Source: Acidobacteriaceae bacterium (GTDB taxonomy: Bacteria; Acidobacteriota; Terriglobia; Terriglobales; Acidobacteriaceae). From it: DNA of 64,000 bases. The position numbers and the translations under genes are program-made. The notes under the pieces were generated by a model, which had not been told where the DNA came from, ran no database searches, and worked only from the letters and a program-made list of their open reading frames with translations. The DNA is taken from positions 8,438 to 72,437 of the forward strand of contig JANXYB010000114.1 in NCBI GenBank assembly GCA_025350325.1, written 5' to 3'. Position 1 is the stretch's first letter. Every line of letters begins with the position of its first letter. Positions 43,625 through 52,821 of the stretch are shown piece by piece.

Positions 43625-44197
43625 ATGGTGCGAACTCTTTTAGGAATTGTACTTGGGGTGCTGTTGGTGCCCCTGGCCGTCGCCTTGTACCTCAGATATG
43701 GCAAAGTACCCGTGGCGGTCGCCGATCCTCCCTTCCCTCATGAGGAACAGATCGTTTCGGTGCCGCTGCAAGCGCGTATCAAGCAAGAAACGATAGGCGC
43801 GCCTCCCATCCAATCCACTGAGGCCACGTTCGTTGCTGGAGCGCGCATCTACACCGAACGCTGCGCTGTGTGTCATGGATTGCATGGCAGAAAGTCGGCC
43901 ATCGGCGCTGACATGTATCCCAGCGCGCCGCAGCTTCTTGAAAAGCATCACAGCGGCAACGTCGTGGGCGTGAGCGACGATCCGGCAGGCGAGACATACT
44001 GGAAGGTCTATAACGGCATTCGCCTCACCGGCATGCCCGCCTTTGAGCATCAGTTGAGTGAAACGGAGATGTGGCAGGTAAGCCTGCTCTTGGCCAACGC
44101 TGACAAGCCTCTGCCTCCCGGCGCACTCGAAATTTTGAATCACGCCCCGACTCCGCCTACAGAGGCTGTAGTTCCGCACAACGCGCATGAACAGTAG
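43625..44197 (+). CDS. Membrane-anchored mono-haem cytochrome c
   Basis: N-terminal TM (start reset to MVRTLLG), CAVCH, NGIRLTGMPAF (distal Met), LSETEMW. Confidence 0.88.
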   Translation: MVRTLLGIVLGVLLVPLAVALYLRYGKVPVAVADPPFPHEEQIVSVPLQARIKQETIGAPPIQSTEATFVAGARIYTERCAVCHGLHGRKSAIGADMYPSAPQLLEKHHSGNVVGVSDDPAGETYWKVYNGIRLTGMPAFEHQLSETEMWQVSLLLANADKPLPPGALEILNHAPTPPTEAVVPHNAHEQ

Positions 44198-44260
44198 CAG
44201 CGCATTGCGCAGTGGCAGTGATAACCGCCGTTTGAGCGCGTCGCAGAGAGGCTAAGAAAG

Positions 44261-44389
44261 ATGAGCGTATTCGATTCCTTGCGCAAGGGATTTGGGTTTC
44301 TGCTGCTGAGCATGGGCATCTCGAGTCCGGTCAAAAAGCCGCGTCCGGCGTCCAAACCAGATACCGCAAGCAAGAACACTCAGGAATGA
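44261..44389 (+). CDS. Small hypothetical protein (42 aa)
   Basis: ATG 44261 to TGA 44389: MSVFDSLRKGFGFLLLSMGISSPVKKPRPASKPDTASKNTQE, after the purine-rich GAGAGGCTAAGAAAG; below the ORF-track cutoff. Confidence 0.55.
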   Translation: MSVFDSLRKGFGFLLLSMGISSPVKKPRPASKPDTASKNTQE

Positions 44390-44821
44390 ATCGAGGTACG
44401 CTTGCGCGGGTCAATCGGCACTTTATTTACGACTCCCGCGCTCTCCGTTCCACCAGCTATACGAGTTTCAGCGGGCCGCGTAAATGTTCTGAGCCGTCGA
44501 AGGGATTGGCAAGTCTAAACAGGTGCAGGACCCACGATGACCGATGCAGCGCGACCAACTACGACCATTGCCAATAAGAACCGATATTTAGGCGTGTTCT
44601 GGGATTGGTTTGTTCTATTCAGCGGCATTTCGACTCGATCAAATCTGTCGCGCACACGCAAAGACCCGATCCAGAGCCGCGGTGTTTTTCTCTTTCGCAA
44701 GAAGCGGGAAGAGTGATTCGCACACGTTCAACCGCGTGACCCGCTACTCGAAGTTACGCAATGCAAGACACGCACGCTCGACTTGAAGACACAGAACTTT
44801 GCAGATTGGTAAAATTGCACT

Positions 44822-45883
44822 ATGTCGCTGACACGCCAAGAGGCACTGGACTACTTTCACTCCCCCGACCTGATCGGCTTGGGCTTTGAGGCAGATGCGC
44901 TGCGCCGCCGTCTGCACCCTGAGGGCGTCGTCACCTACATCATCGATCGCAACATCAACTACACCAATTTCTGCACCGAGTACTGCACCTTCTGCGCCTT
45001 CTTCCGCCCGCTCCCGAAAGCCGGGACTAAGGACCCCCGGGCCGACGAAGGGTACATTCTCTCCTTCGAGAAGATCTACGAAAAGATTGCCGAGACCGTT
45101 GAAATGGGCGGAACCGGGGTGCTCATGCAGGGCGGCATTCACCCTGACCTGAAGATCGACTGGTTTGAACGCCTCTTCAGCGGCATCAAGCAGCGCTTCC
45201 CAAAAATCTGGCTCCACTGCCTGTCTGCCTCTGAAGTTCTCGCCATCGCCGAATACTCCGAGCTTAGCTTGCGTGACACCATCGCTCGTTTGCGCGACGC
45301 GGGACTGGATTCGATCCCCGGCGGTGGCGCTGAGATTCTCGACGACGACGTGCGCAAGCGTATCGCACGGCTCAAATGCCGCACTGAGGATTGGGTCAGC
45401 GTTCATCGCACTGCTCACCAGCTCGGCATGCGCACCACCGCCACCATGATGTTCGGCGTTGGAGAAACGTTCGAGCAGCGCATCAATCATTTCGAAGTCG
45501 TGCGCAATCTGCAGGAAGAAACGGGCGGCTTTACCGCCTTCATCCCGTGGAGCTTCCAGCCTGGCAACACCGCTCTCGGCGGCCGCGGCTGGGAGGAAGC
45601 GACCTCGATCGAGTACCTCAAGGTGCTGGCCATCGCGCGGCTCCACCTCGACAATATCGAGAACGTGCAGGCCAGTTGGGTCACGCAGGGTCTTAAGGTT
45701 CTCGAGGTCGGGCTTCACTTCGGCGGCAACGACGTGGGTTCGGTGATGCTGGAAGAAAATGTAGTTAAAGCCGCCGGCACCTCGAACTGCACCACCGAAG
45801 AGGAACTTCGCCGCATCATTCGCGACGCCGGCTTCAAGCCCGTGCAGCGCGACACCCTATACCGCACCATGTTCCTCAACTGA
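44822..45883 (+). CDS. mqnC: Cyclic dehypoxanthinyl futalosine synthase (radical SAM, menaquinone futalosine pathway)
   Basis: IDRNINYTNFCTEYCTFC, LMQGG, DSIPGGGAEIL, TTATMMFG, GGFTAFIPW, IENVQASWVTQG, FGGNDVGSVMLEENVV. Confidence 0.93.
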   Translation: MSLTRQEALDYFHSPDLIGLGFEADALRRRLHPEGVVTYIIDRNINYTNFCTEYCTFCAFFRPLPKAGTKDPRADEGYILSFEKIYEKIAETVEMGGTGVLMQGGIHPDLKIDWFERLFSGIKQRFPKIWLHCLSASEVLAIAEYSELSLRDTIARLRDAGLDSIPGGGAEILDDDVRKRIARLKCRTEDWVSVHRTAHQLGMRTTATMMFGVGETFEQRINHFEVVRNLQEETGGFTAFIPWSFQPGNTALGGRGWEEATSIEYLKVLAIARLHLDNIENVQASWVTQGLKVLEVGLHFGGNDVGSVMLEENVVKAAGTSNCTTEEELRRIIRDAGFKPVQRDTLYRTMFLN

Positions 45884-46111
45884 CCCGATCGTAATCACAC
45901 AGCGGTGCAAGTCGTGGCTGCACAGCTTGCGGAACCGGTCCAAGAGGCCGACACTTTCCTGTGTGCGGTTCATCGGCGAGTCGTAGCTACATAAGCGACG
46001 GAACTTTTTCCCAGCACCGGGGTTTCAAAATGTAACGGGTAGGGCAACTTCCCGTCTAAACAGGTAACACCGGCACCGATGTTCGGGATCAATGTTGGCA
46101 GGAGACATAAG

Positions 46112-47581
46112 ATGAATACGCAATTGTCTAAAAAACTTTTCGCTCAGGCTTTTGCCTGGGCGGCTGTGGTTGCTTTGAGCGGCGCGATGGGCTTGGCGCA
46201 GGATGCGTCGCCCATGGGTGGCCAGCGCAGTGACGGACAAATTGAGATGGACGTCGTGCACGCTCTCGATGCATCGCAGGCCCTCAAAAACGACCTCATT
46301 ACGGCGGCGACGATTCAGAGTGAGGTTACGCTCTCGGGAACGGTTTCACTGGATGCTTCGCGGCAACTCGCAGAGTCGGTGGCCAAGAGCGTACCCGGCG
46401 TCAGCAAGGTGCACAACAATTTGAAGGTGGGCAATCCCGCCGAAGATCAAAATGCGCAGGGCGCGGTCATTGCCGACCAGGGCGGTCAGGACGCCACAGA
46501 CAGCGAGGAGCGGCCTCATTCGAACCAGCCCGCATATTCGCAAGACAACGGTCAATCCAGCCAGCCAAGCATCAATCAAAATCCACCGCCAAACTGGGGC
46601 CAGGCGGGCCCCGAGCCGACACAGCAAAATCAGCAGCCGCCTTACGGTCAGGATCAGCAGGGCTACGGCCAGAATAGGCGTCCTGCGTACGGACAGAATC
46701 CACAGCAAGGCTACGGCCAGGCACCTCCGCCGCCCGGATATGGACAGCAGGCTCCCCCGCAGTCTGGATACGGGGAAGACCAGGGATACGGGCGAGATCA
46801 GGGCAATGGGCAAAATCGGGGGAATGGTCAGGATCGATATCCGCCGCAGGGTTATGACGACCGTCGCCCGGCACCTCCGCCCTATGAAATGGCGCGAGGA
46901 CCCGTCACAGTGCCACAAGGGACTTTGATTCAGCTTCGCACCAGTGAACCCGTGGGCAGCAAGCGAGCCAAGGGCGGCGAGCCAGTGCATTTCACTGTGA
47001 TTCAAGATGTTGTCTATGACGGAGTGCTGGCGATTCCGCGCGGTGCGACCGTGTATGGCGTGATTGCCGAAGTGAAGCAGCCCAAGGAAGGCACCGTTAC
47101 GGGCAGTTCCGAACTGGCTTTGCAACTGACATCTCTTGATCTCGGTGGACAGACGTACGATCTGCAATCCGATTTATTCAAGGTAAAGGGGCCCGGGAAG
47201 GGCGAGCGCTCAGCGGGTAACGTGGTTGGCGGCGCCGTCCTGGGTGCAATTATCGGTGGGGCCATAGGTCGCGGTTCGGGTGCGGCGATCGGCGCAGCAG
47301 CGGGCGGCGGCGCGGGCTACGCGGCGTCGGCAGCTTCATCGGGACCGGGCGTATGGATTCCGGCCGAGGCGATGGTTACTTTCCATTTGGCGGCGCCAAT
47401 CACGGTACAGCCCGTCAGCCAGCAGGAAGCGATGCGGCTGGCGCAGGGCCTAAACCCCGGCGGACCCTCTCTATACCGGCGTCCACCGTACGGCTATCCC
47501 TATAGGCCCTATCCCTATCGGTATGCACCGGTTTACTACCGTCCCTACTACACGGTTGGCGGATTCTACTACTGGCGGTAA
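46112..47581 (+). CDS. Exported BON-domain protein with a Q/G/P/Y-rich linker and a TrbI/VirB10-like C-terminal region with glycine zipper
   Basis: GGAGA RBS, signal peptide, BON (VTLSGTV..AESVAKSVPGVSKVHNNL), low-complexity linker, VTVPQGTLIQLR, GGAVLGAIIGGAIG, Tyr/Pro-rich tail. Confidence 0.8.
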   Translation: MNTQLSKKLFAQAFAWAAVVALSGAMGLAQDASPMGGQRSDGQIEMDVVHALDASQALKNDLITAATIQSEVTLSGTVSLDASRQLAESVAKSVPGVSKVHNNLKVGNPAEDQNAQGAVIADQGGQDATDSEERPHSNQPAYSQDNGQSSQPSINQNPPPNWGQAGPEPTQQNQQPPYGQDQQGYGQNRRPAYGQNPQQGYGQAPPPPGYGQQAPPQSGYGEDQGYGRDQGNGQNRGNGQDRYPPQGYDDRRPAPPPYEMARGPVTVPQGTLIQLRTSEPVGSKRAKGGEPVHFTVIQDVVYDGVLAIPRGATVYGVIAEVKQPKEGTVTGSSELALQLTSLDLGGQTYDLQSDLFKVKGPGKGERSAGNVVGGAVLGAIIGGAIGRGSGAAIGAAAGGGAGYAASAASSGPGVWIPAEAMVTFHLAAPITVQPVSQQEAMRLAQGLNPGGPSLYRRPPYGYPYRPYPYRYAPVYYRPYYTVGGFYYWR

Positions 47582-47596
47582 GTACTGCACGCAATA

Positions 47597-47638
47597 GCAA
47601 AGCGGGCATCTCCGAGGTAAGGAGATGTCCGCTTTTGC
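47597..47638. terminator. Bidirectional intrinsic terminator
   Basis: GCAAAGCGGGCATCTCC...GGAGATGTCCGCTTTTGC between the convergent BON and ggt genes. Confidence 0.8.
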
Positions 47639-47668
47639 ATCGGGCCACATTTTCTTCCGCTTCAGTGG

Positions 47669-49441
47669 TTAGTAGCCGGCCGCTTTTCCATAGTGGCTGC
47701 GATGATCCTGCCCACCCTCGAGCTCCCCGGAATGCGGATCGATGGCGATGCACTCGCCATTGGACCAATGGCCATCCTTGATGTCTAACGTGTAACCCAT
47801 GGCGCGCAATTTTTCGAGCGACCGCGGGGGGAAGCCGGGCTCAAGATAAACCGTGTCAGGCATGTATTGATGGTGAAAACGCGGAGCGTCCACTGCTTGC
47901 TGGATGTTGAGACCGCCCTCGGCGACGGACAGAAAGATATTGGCGACCGTAGTGATGATGCGCGCGCCGCCCGGCGATCCAAGCACGTAGCGTAGCTTTC
48001 CGTCTTCCAAAACGATAGTAGGCGTCATCGAACTCAAAGGCCGCTTCCCGGGCGCGATGGCGTTGGCCGGTCCCTGGATTAACCCGAACATATTCGGTAC
48101 GCCCATCTTCGCGGCGAAGTCATCCATTTCGTCGTTGAGCAAGAAGCCCAATGAACCCGATGTCACGCGTGATCCGAATCCATCGTTGAGGGTCGTGGTG
48201 ACGGAGACCGCATTTCCCTCAGCATCGACGACTGAAAAATGGGTAGTATCCGAAGACTCCATGCGGCGTCCCGGAGTTTTCGGAGCCGGCGGCAAGAATC
48301 CCTCAGGCCGCTTGAGTGCGTCACTCGGTGTGGCTGCATCTTCTGCGATGCTCTGCCGCCATGCTTCTGCATATTTCTTCGTAGTCAGTTCCTTGACGGG
48401 CATGCGGTTGTAATCCGGGTCGCCAAGGTAGTCCGTGCGATCCATGTAGGCGCGACGATATGCCTCGGTGATCAGGTGCAACGATTGGGGCGAGCGGTCA
48501 CCGAGATGCGCCAGGTCGTATTTTTCTAGGATGTTGAGCGCACTGAGCAGCACGATGCCACCCGAGGAAGGCGGCGGGGCACTGATCACTGTGTAGTTGT
48601 GAAAGCTGCCGGTGATGGGTTGGCGCTCGACTACGTCGTACTGGGCCATGTCTTCCCTGGTGAGCAGGCAGCCATGTTTTTTAAGATCATCGACTAGAGA
48701 TTGCGCCATCTTGCCGTGATAGAAGTCGTCTGGATCAGCAGCGATGCGCTGCAGCGTGCCGGCCAGCAGCGGTTGTTTGAAAATCTCTCCGGCCTTGTAA
48801 AGTTGGCCGTCGCGTTGAAAGATTCGTTTGGAATCCGGAAAGCGGGCGAGGTCGGGGTCGGTGAGTTCCTCTGCTTCCTCCGCCGAAAGTGTAAAACCTT
48901 TGGCGGCCAATTCGATCGCAGGCGCCATGACGCGTTTCAAATCGAGCTTGCCATATTTGCGCTCGGCATAGACCATTCCTGCGACCGACCCCGGCGTCGC
49001 GATGGATCGATATCCAATTACGCTCGCGTCGGGAATCACGTTTCCCTTGGCGTCCTGATACATGGTCTCAGTCGCTGCCAGCGGAGCCTTTTCGCGATAG
49101 TCGATAAAGGTGGTTTTACCATCGTGCGTGCGCAGCAGCAGAAAACCCCCGCCTCCCAGGTTGCCTGCTGCTGGATGTACAACCGCAAGGGCGAAGCCGG
49201 TGGCCACCGCTGCGTCGACTGCATTGCCGCCTTCGCGCAATACTGCGACTCCAGCATCCGCCGCAAGATGGTGTACGCTCACCACCATTCCATGCTGCGC
49301 ACGCGCAGGCTGCTCGCTACGATAGGGAATTGAGTTCATCGATCCCTCTTGCGCGACGTTAAAAAGGGGAAGAGTGAGCGCGGCGCCTGTGAGGGCCGGC
49401 AGGATAAAGAAGAGTGGCCGTCTATGCATAGTTATGGTCAC
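47669..49441 (-). CDS. ggt: Gamma-glutamyltransferase
   Basis: GGNAVDAAVA, AGNLGGGGF, DYREKAP, nucleophile site DTTHFSVVD, LLNDEMDDF, KRPLSSMTP, GSPGG, PRFHHQ. Confidence 0.96.
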   Translation of the reverse strand: MTITMHRRPLFFILPALTGAALTLPLFNVAQEGSMNSIPYRSEQPARAQHGMVVSVHHLAADAGVAVLREGGNAVDAAVATGFALAVVHPAAGNLGGGGFLLLRTHDGKTTFIDYREKAPLAATETMYQDAKGNVIPDASVIGYRSIATPGSVAGMVYAERKYGKLDLKRVMAPAIELAAKGFTLSAEEAEELTDPDLARFPDSKRIFQRDGQLYKAGEIFKQPLLAGTLQRIAADPDDFYHGKMAQSLVDDLKKHGCLLTREDMAQYDVVERQPITGSFHNYTVISAPPPSSGGIVLLSALNILEKYDLAHLGDRSPQSLHLITEAYRRAYMDRTDYLGDPDYNRMPVKELTTKKYAEAWRQSIAEDAATPSDALKRPEGFLPPAPKTPGRRMESSDTTHFSVVDAEGNAVSVTTTLNDGFGSRVTSGSLGFLLNDEMDDFAAKMGVPNMFGLIQGPANAIAPGKRPLSSMTPTIVLEDGKLRYVLGSPGGARIITTVANIFLSVAEGGLNIQQAVDAPRFHHQYMPDTVYLEPGFPPRSLEKLRAMGYTLDIKDGHWSNGECIAIDPHSGELEGGQDHRSHYGKAAGY

Positions 49442-49589
49442 AGGATAACCCGGAAAGTTCAGCGTGAAGGCACCTACGGCCGTTTTTGATATCCATTACT
49501 AACCGCATTTGTACTTCGCCCGCTTACCAATCGGCTTTTATAAAGCTTGGAAGGTGGCTGCCGATTTGTACGGCGCGATATCATGTCGC

Positions 49590-50327
49590 ATGCGTCCTAA
49601 TGCAGCCCGCGTGCTGACCATCCTAGTGTGTCTTTGTTTTGCGGGCCATGCCTGGCCTGAGAATAGTGAATCGCCGCAGTCTCTGCATCTGACTTCCGCG
49701 CAAATTGTCGAGCAGATCGCAATCCACAATCAAGAGCGCACGCTCCGCCTCAAGCAGTACCAATCTTTGCGCCATTATCAAGTGGAGTATCACGGATTCT
49801 CTGCAACGCTCGCGGCGAAGATGGAGGTCGAGGTCAACTACGATCTCACCTCTGGCAAAAGCTTCCGTATTGTCTCGCAGAGCGGATCGAAACTGCTTTG
49901 CGACAAGGTTTTGAAGCGCGCAATCGACAGCGAAAAAGAGGCTGCTCAAGACAAAGCTCAAACGGCGTTGAGCGAGGCGAACTACAAGTTCTCTCTCGAC
50001 GGCAGTGAGAACCTTGAGGGCCGTCCCGCTTACAAGCTTGACGTCGAGCCGATCAAGGAAAGCAAGTTTCTTTATCGCGGCAAGATCTGGGTCGACGCGA
50101 CAGACTTCGCGGTGAAGAAGATTGAGGTCGAGCCATCGAAGAATCCATCCTTCTGGATTTCGCGCACGCAGATTAAAAACTCAAACGCTAAGACCGGCGA
50201 CTTCTGGCTGCCGCAGCATCTGCGCAGCGAGACCAAGGTCCGCATTGGCGGCACCGCAGTGCTGACCATCGATTACGGAACCTATACGATCGTGCCGCAA
50301 AGCGCCTTGTCGGCGGGTGGCCTCTAA
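49590..50327 (+). CDS. Exported LolA/RseB-like (lipoprotein-sorting fold) protein
   Basis: Signal peptide from MRPNAARV; YKLDVEPIKESKFLYRGKIWVDATDFAVKKIE; WLP. Confidence 0.7.
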   Translation: MRPNAARVLTILVCLCFAGHAWPENSESPQSLHLTSAQIVEQIAIHNQERTLRLKQYQSLRHYQVEYHGFSATLAAKMEVEVNYDLTSGKSFRIVSQSGSKLLCDKVLKRAIDSEKEAAQDKAQTALSEANYKFSLDGSENLEGRPAYKLDVEPIKESKFLYRGKIWVDATDFAVKKIEVEPSKNPSFWISRTQIKNSNAKTGDFWLPQHLRSETKVRIGGTAVLTIDYGTYTIVPQSALSAGGL

Positions 50328-51592
50328 GGCAAGAGTTTGCGAATGGCGAACATTATCGCGGATTTGGCCGAGTTTTTGGTCCTCGCCCGCAAGGTAGTAT
50401 GTGCCGGCGCAGGCGCTGGGCTGGGTTCAATATGCTGCGTCGCGCATGCCGTTCGATAGTGCTCCAGCAACCGCGCCGTGGCGACTCTCCAGCTTTGCTG
50501 AGTTGCCCTTTCTCGGGCGTGCTTTCCCATTGCCTCGCTCTTCGCGGGCGACGCTAATAGGCTTTCAATCGCTCCGATAGCCTGGCTTTCATCGTCAAAG
50601 AGGAATCCGCTAACCCCGTTCTCAATCATCTCCGGGATACCCCCCGCACGCGCCGCGACAACCGGAAGACCGGACGCCATAGCCTCAAGCACCACCAGGC
50701 CCAGCGTCTCGGTGCGCGACGGCATGATAAACATGTCGCTTGCGGCGTAAGCAGCAGCCAATTCGTCGCCATGCAAAAACCCGGCCATGTGCACCGGCAA
50801 ACCAGCGAAGTGTTCCGCGAGCGCTTTTTGGTGAGGTCCGCCGCCCACCAACGCAAGGCGAGCTGTGGGGATCGCTTGCAAAATAGGCTTGAGCCGTTCA
50901 ATTTCTTTTTCAGCAGAGAGACGGCCAACATAAAGAAGCAGCGTGCAGTCGGGATGGCCATCGGTGAGCCGGGCCCGCATGGCCGCGCAGAGTCCCGAGG
51001 TCCGCTGCGGATCAAAGCGGTCCCCATCGACGCCGCCCGGCCATAAGGCTACTCTGCTGATTCCGTGTTGCTCTAACTCGCGCACCATGGTCATTGAAGT
51101 AGCGAGGTTGACCGTTCCGCGATTGTGTCGCACTCGCAAAATCTGCCAGACATAGCGTTCGAGAAATCCCAGCCGATAGTAGCGAAGGTATTTCGGCAAA
51201 TCAGTGTGATAACTGACCACCAGCGGAAGGCGAAGCCCTCCACCGTGCGGCCCGCCCGCATAGTAGAGGCCTGCGATACCGAGGAGCGCCGGTTCAACGA
51301 CGTGAATCAGGTCTGGCTGGAATGCGGCGATGGTTTGGCGGATTGAAGCACGCGGCAGAGACAGTCTGAGTTCGGGATAGAAAGGGAAGGCATTACTCTT
51401 GATGCCGACGACGCGGCATTGCGCGAACTCATCGATGCCGCCATCGGCCGAAAAAATCAGAACTTCATGGCCGAGACTCTTGAGTTGCTTTATGGTCTGC
51501 GAAACCGTGGTGACGATGCCATCGACTTTGGGGACGAACGTCTCGGTGAAGAGAACAATTCGTAGCACTCGTGCTGGGTTAGTAGTCGGCAA
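50324..51592 (-). CDS. GT4 glycosyltransferase, SqdX/SQD2-like (anionic glycolipid synthase candidate)
   Basis: RIVLFTETFVPKVDGIV, FQPDLIHVV.PA.LG.AGLYY, SYHTDLPKYL, LLLYVGRLSAEKEI, PSRTETLGLVVLEAMASG. Confidence 0.8.
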   Translation of the reverse strand: MPTTNPARVLRIVLFTETFVPKVDGIVTTVSQTIKQLKSLGHEVLIFSADGGIDEFAQCRVVGIKSNAFPFYPELRLSLPRASIRQTIAAFQPDLIHVVEPALLGIAGLYYAGGPHGGGLRLPLVVSYHTDLPKYLRYYRLGFLERYVWQILRVRHNRGTVNLATSMTMVRELEQHGISRVALWPGGVDGDRFDPQRTSGLCAAMRARLTDGHPDCTLLLYVGRLSAEKEIERLKPILQAIPTARLALVGGGPHQKALAEHFAGLPVHMAGFLHGDELAAAYAASDMFIMPSRTETLGLVVLEAMASGLPVVAARAGGIPEMIENGVSGFLFDDESQAIGAIESLLASPAKSEAMGKHARERATQQSWRVATARLLEHYRTACATQHIEPSPAPAPAHTTLRARTKNSAKSAIMFAIRKLLP

Positions 51593-51653
51593 GAATTAGA
51601 CCGAGCCTACCATGCCCCAAAAGCGAATACGTTGAACAGGCGGCTAAATTTAT

Positions 51654-52184
51654 TCAGCGACCAGCCACCAGCATCATGGGGTCGGGGGCGACGTGACATC
51701 CATCGTGCGGCGAAAGAGTACGTGTCGATCCATCGGCGTATGCAATGGACTGGAGCACGATGGCATTGACCGCAGTGAATCCGGGAAGAACGAGGTCGAC
51801 GTAGACGGTTCCATCCGGCTTGTCGCGAAAGGCCGCGTGAATCGATTTCGTCACATTAGATGGGCCCCCGCGCATTGCGTCCGCCTGAACGAAACGATAT
51901 TTTGCGCTCAGCCCAAACGCTGTGACTATCGCTGACACGATACGCGCGGGGTTTTTATCGAGCAGGCTCAGGTGGATGCGCTGGCCAGACGGCGCTGCCT
52001 GCTGCCCGCCCAGCACCACGACTGTCTGTCCGCTCATGCGCTGTCCTGCGGTCATTCCAATCGGGCAGGTGTTGGCAATCAGAGTCGACTGCAGCAGCGT
52101 GCCGGCAAACGATTGACGATCATTTTGCGCAGACAACGTCAAAGATGTGAAGAGGAGCAGGATCGTAATCCCAATATTTTTCAT
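51654..52184 (-). CDS. Exported hypothetical protein
   Basis: Signal peptide MKNIGITILLLFTSLTLSAQ; two Cys (CPIG, GCHVAPDP); no family recognised. Confidence 0.65.
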   Translation of the reverse strand: MKNIGITILLLFTSLTLSAQNDRQSFAGTLLQSTLIANTCPIGMTAGQRMSGQTVVVLGGQQAAPSGQRIHLSLLDKNPARIVSAIVTAFGLSAKYRFVQADAMRGGPSNVTKSIHAAFRDKPDGTVYVDLVLPGFTAVNAIVLQSIAYADGSTRTLSPHDGCHVAPDPMMLVAGR

Positions 52185-52434
52185 GGCATGAGTCCTTAAA
52201 GGAAAGAACCGCGTATACCCACGAAGGAACCGAACTGCTTACACCCACAAAAATACGCCGCGCGGTGTTTGAAATCAACGGTATTGTGCCATCCGAGATC
52301 GGTCAGGTGACCGGCCCGTCGCAGTGGCTGTGTTACCGTTGCAGTACGGCGTCCCTGATCGGGCTCGGCAGTTTTCGGGCCTCTGTCAAATGCTGGGCGA
52401 GAGGGCAATGGGGGGCGACGGGCGTATACACAGA

Positions 52435-52818
52435 ATGTCTCAGCAGCCGGAATTGACATCGCCTCCTGTAACCGCGAGCCCGGCTCCCGTGCCCGAGGCC
52501 CTATCCGCCACTGGATTCGACGCGGCCCCGCCTGCAACCGTAGCGGCTAACGCAATTGCAGCCCATCCGCAACGCATTCCGCGCTGGCTGGTGCGTACAG
52601 AGCTTTACCTGCGCGTGCTGCTCAGGATGTACATCGGTCTGGCGGTTTGCTATGCGCCATGGTCACACCTTTTCTGGGATCAGAACCCACTCTTCGTTCA
52701 ATACCCTACGCTTTCAATTTATGCGGCCAATGGCGCGGTACGGGGCATCATTTCGGGATTGGGCGTGTTGAATCTGTGGATTGCGTTTCAAGACGCAATT
52801 CGCCATCGGGACGGATGA
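52435..52818 (+). CDS. Small membrane protein, hypothetical
   Basis: Start reset to MSQQPEL; P/A-rich N-terminus, then two hydrophobic helices (YIGLAVCYAPW, GAVRGIISGLGVLNLW). Confidence 0.7.
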   Translation: MSQQPELTSPPVTASPAPVPEALSATGFDAAPPATVAANAIAAHPQRIPRWLVRTELYLRVLLRMYIGLAVCYAPWSHLFWDQNPLFVQYPTLSIYAANGAVRGIISGLGVLNLWIAFQDAIRHRDG

Positions 52819-52821
52819 ACC

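Noticed and set aside
44428-44455. tRNA/tmRNA-like 3' end (GACTCCC...TCCACCA)
   Set aside because: There is no TTCGA T-loop, the spacing to CCA is wrong and no matching 5' acceptor strand is present.
44515-44700. Val/Leu-rich minus-strand ORF resembling an ilv attenuator peptide
   Set aside because: No amino-acid biosynthesis gene lies downstream on that strand and no attenuator structure is visible.
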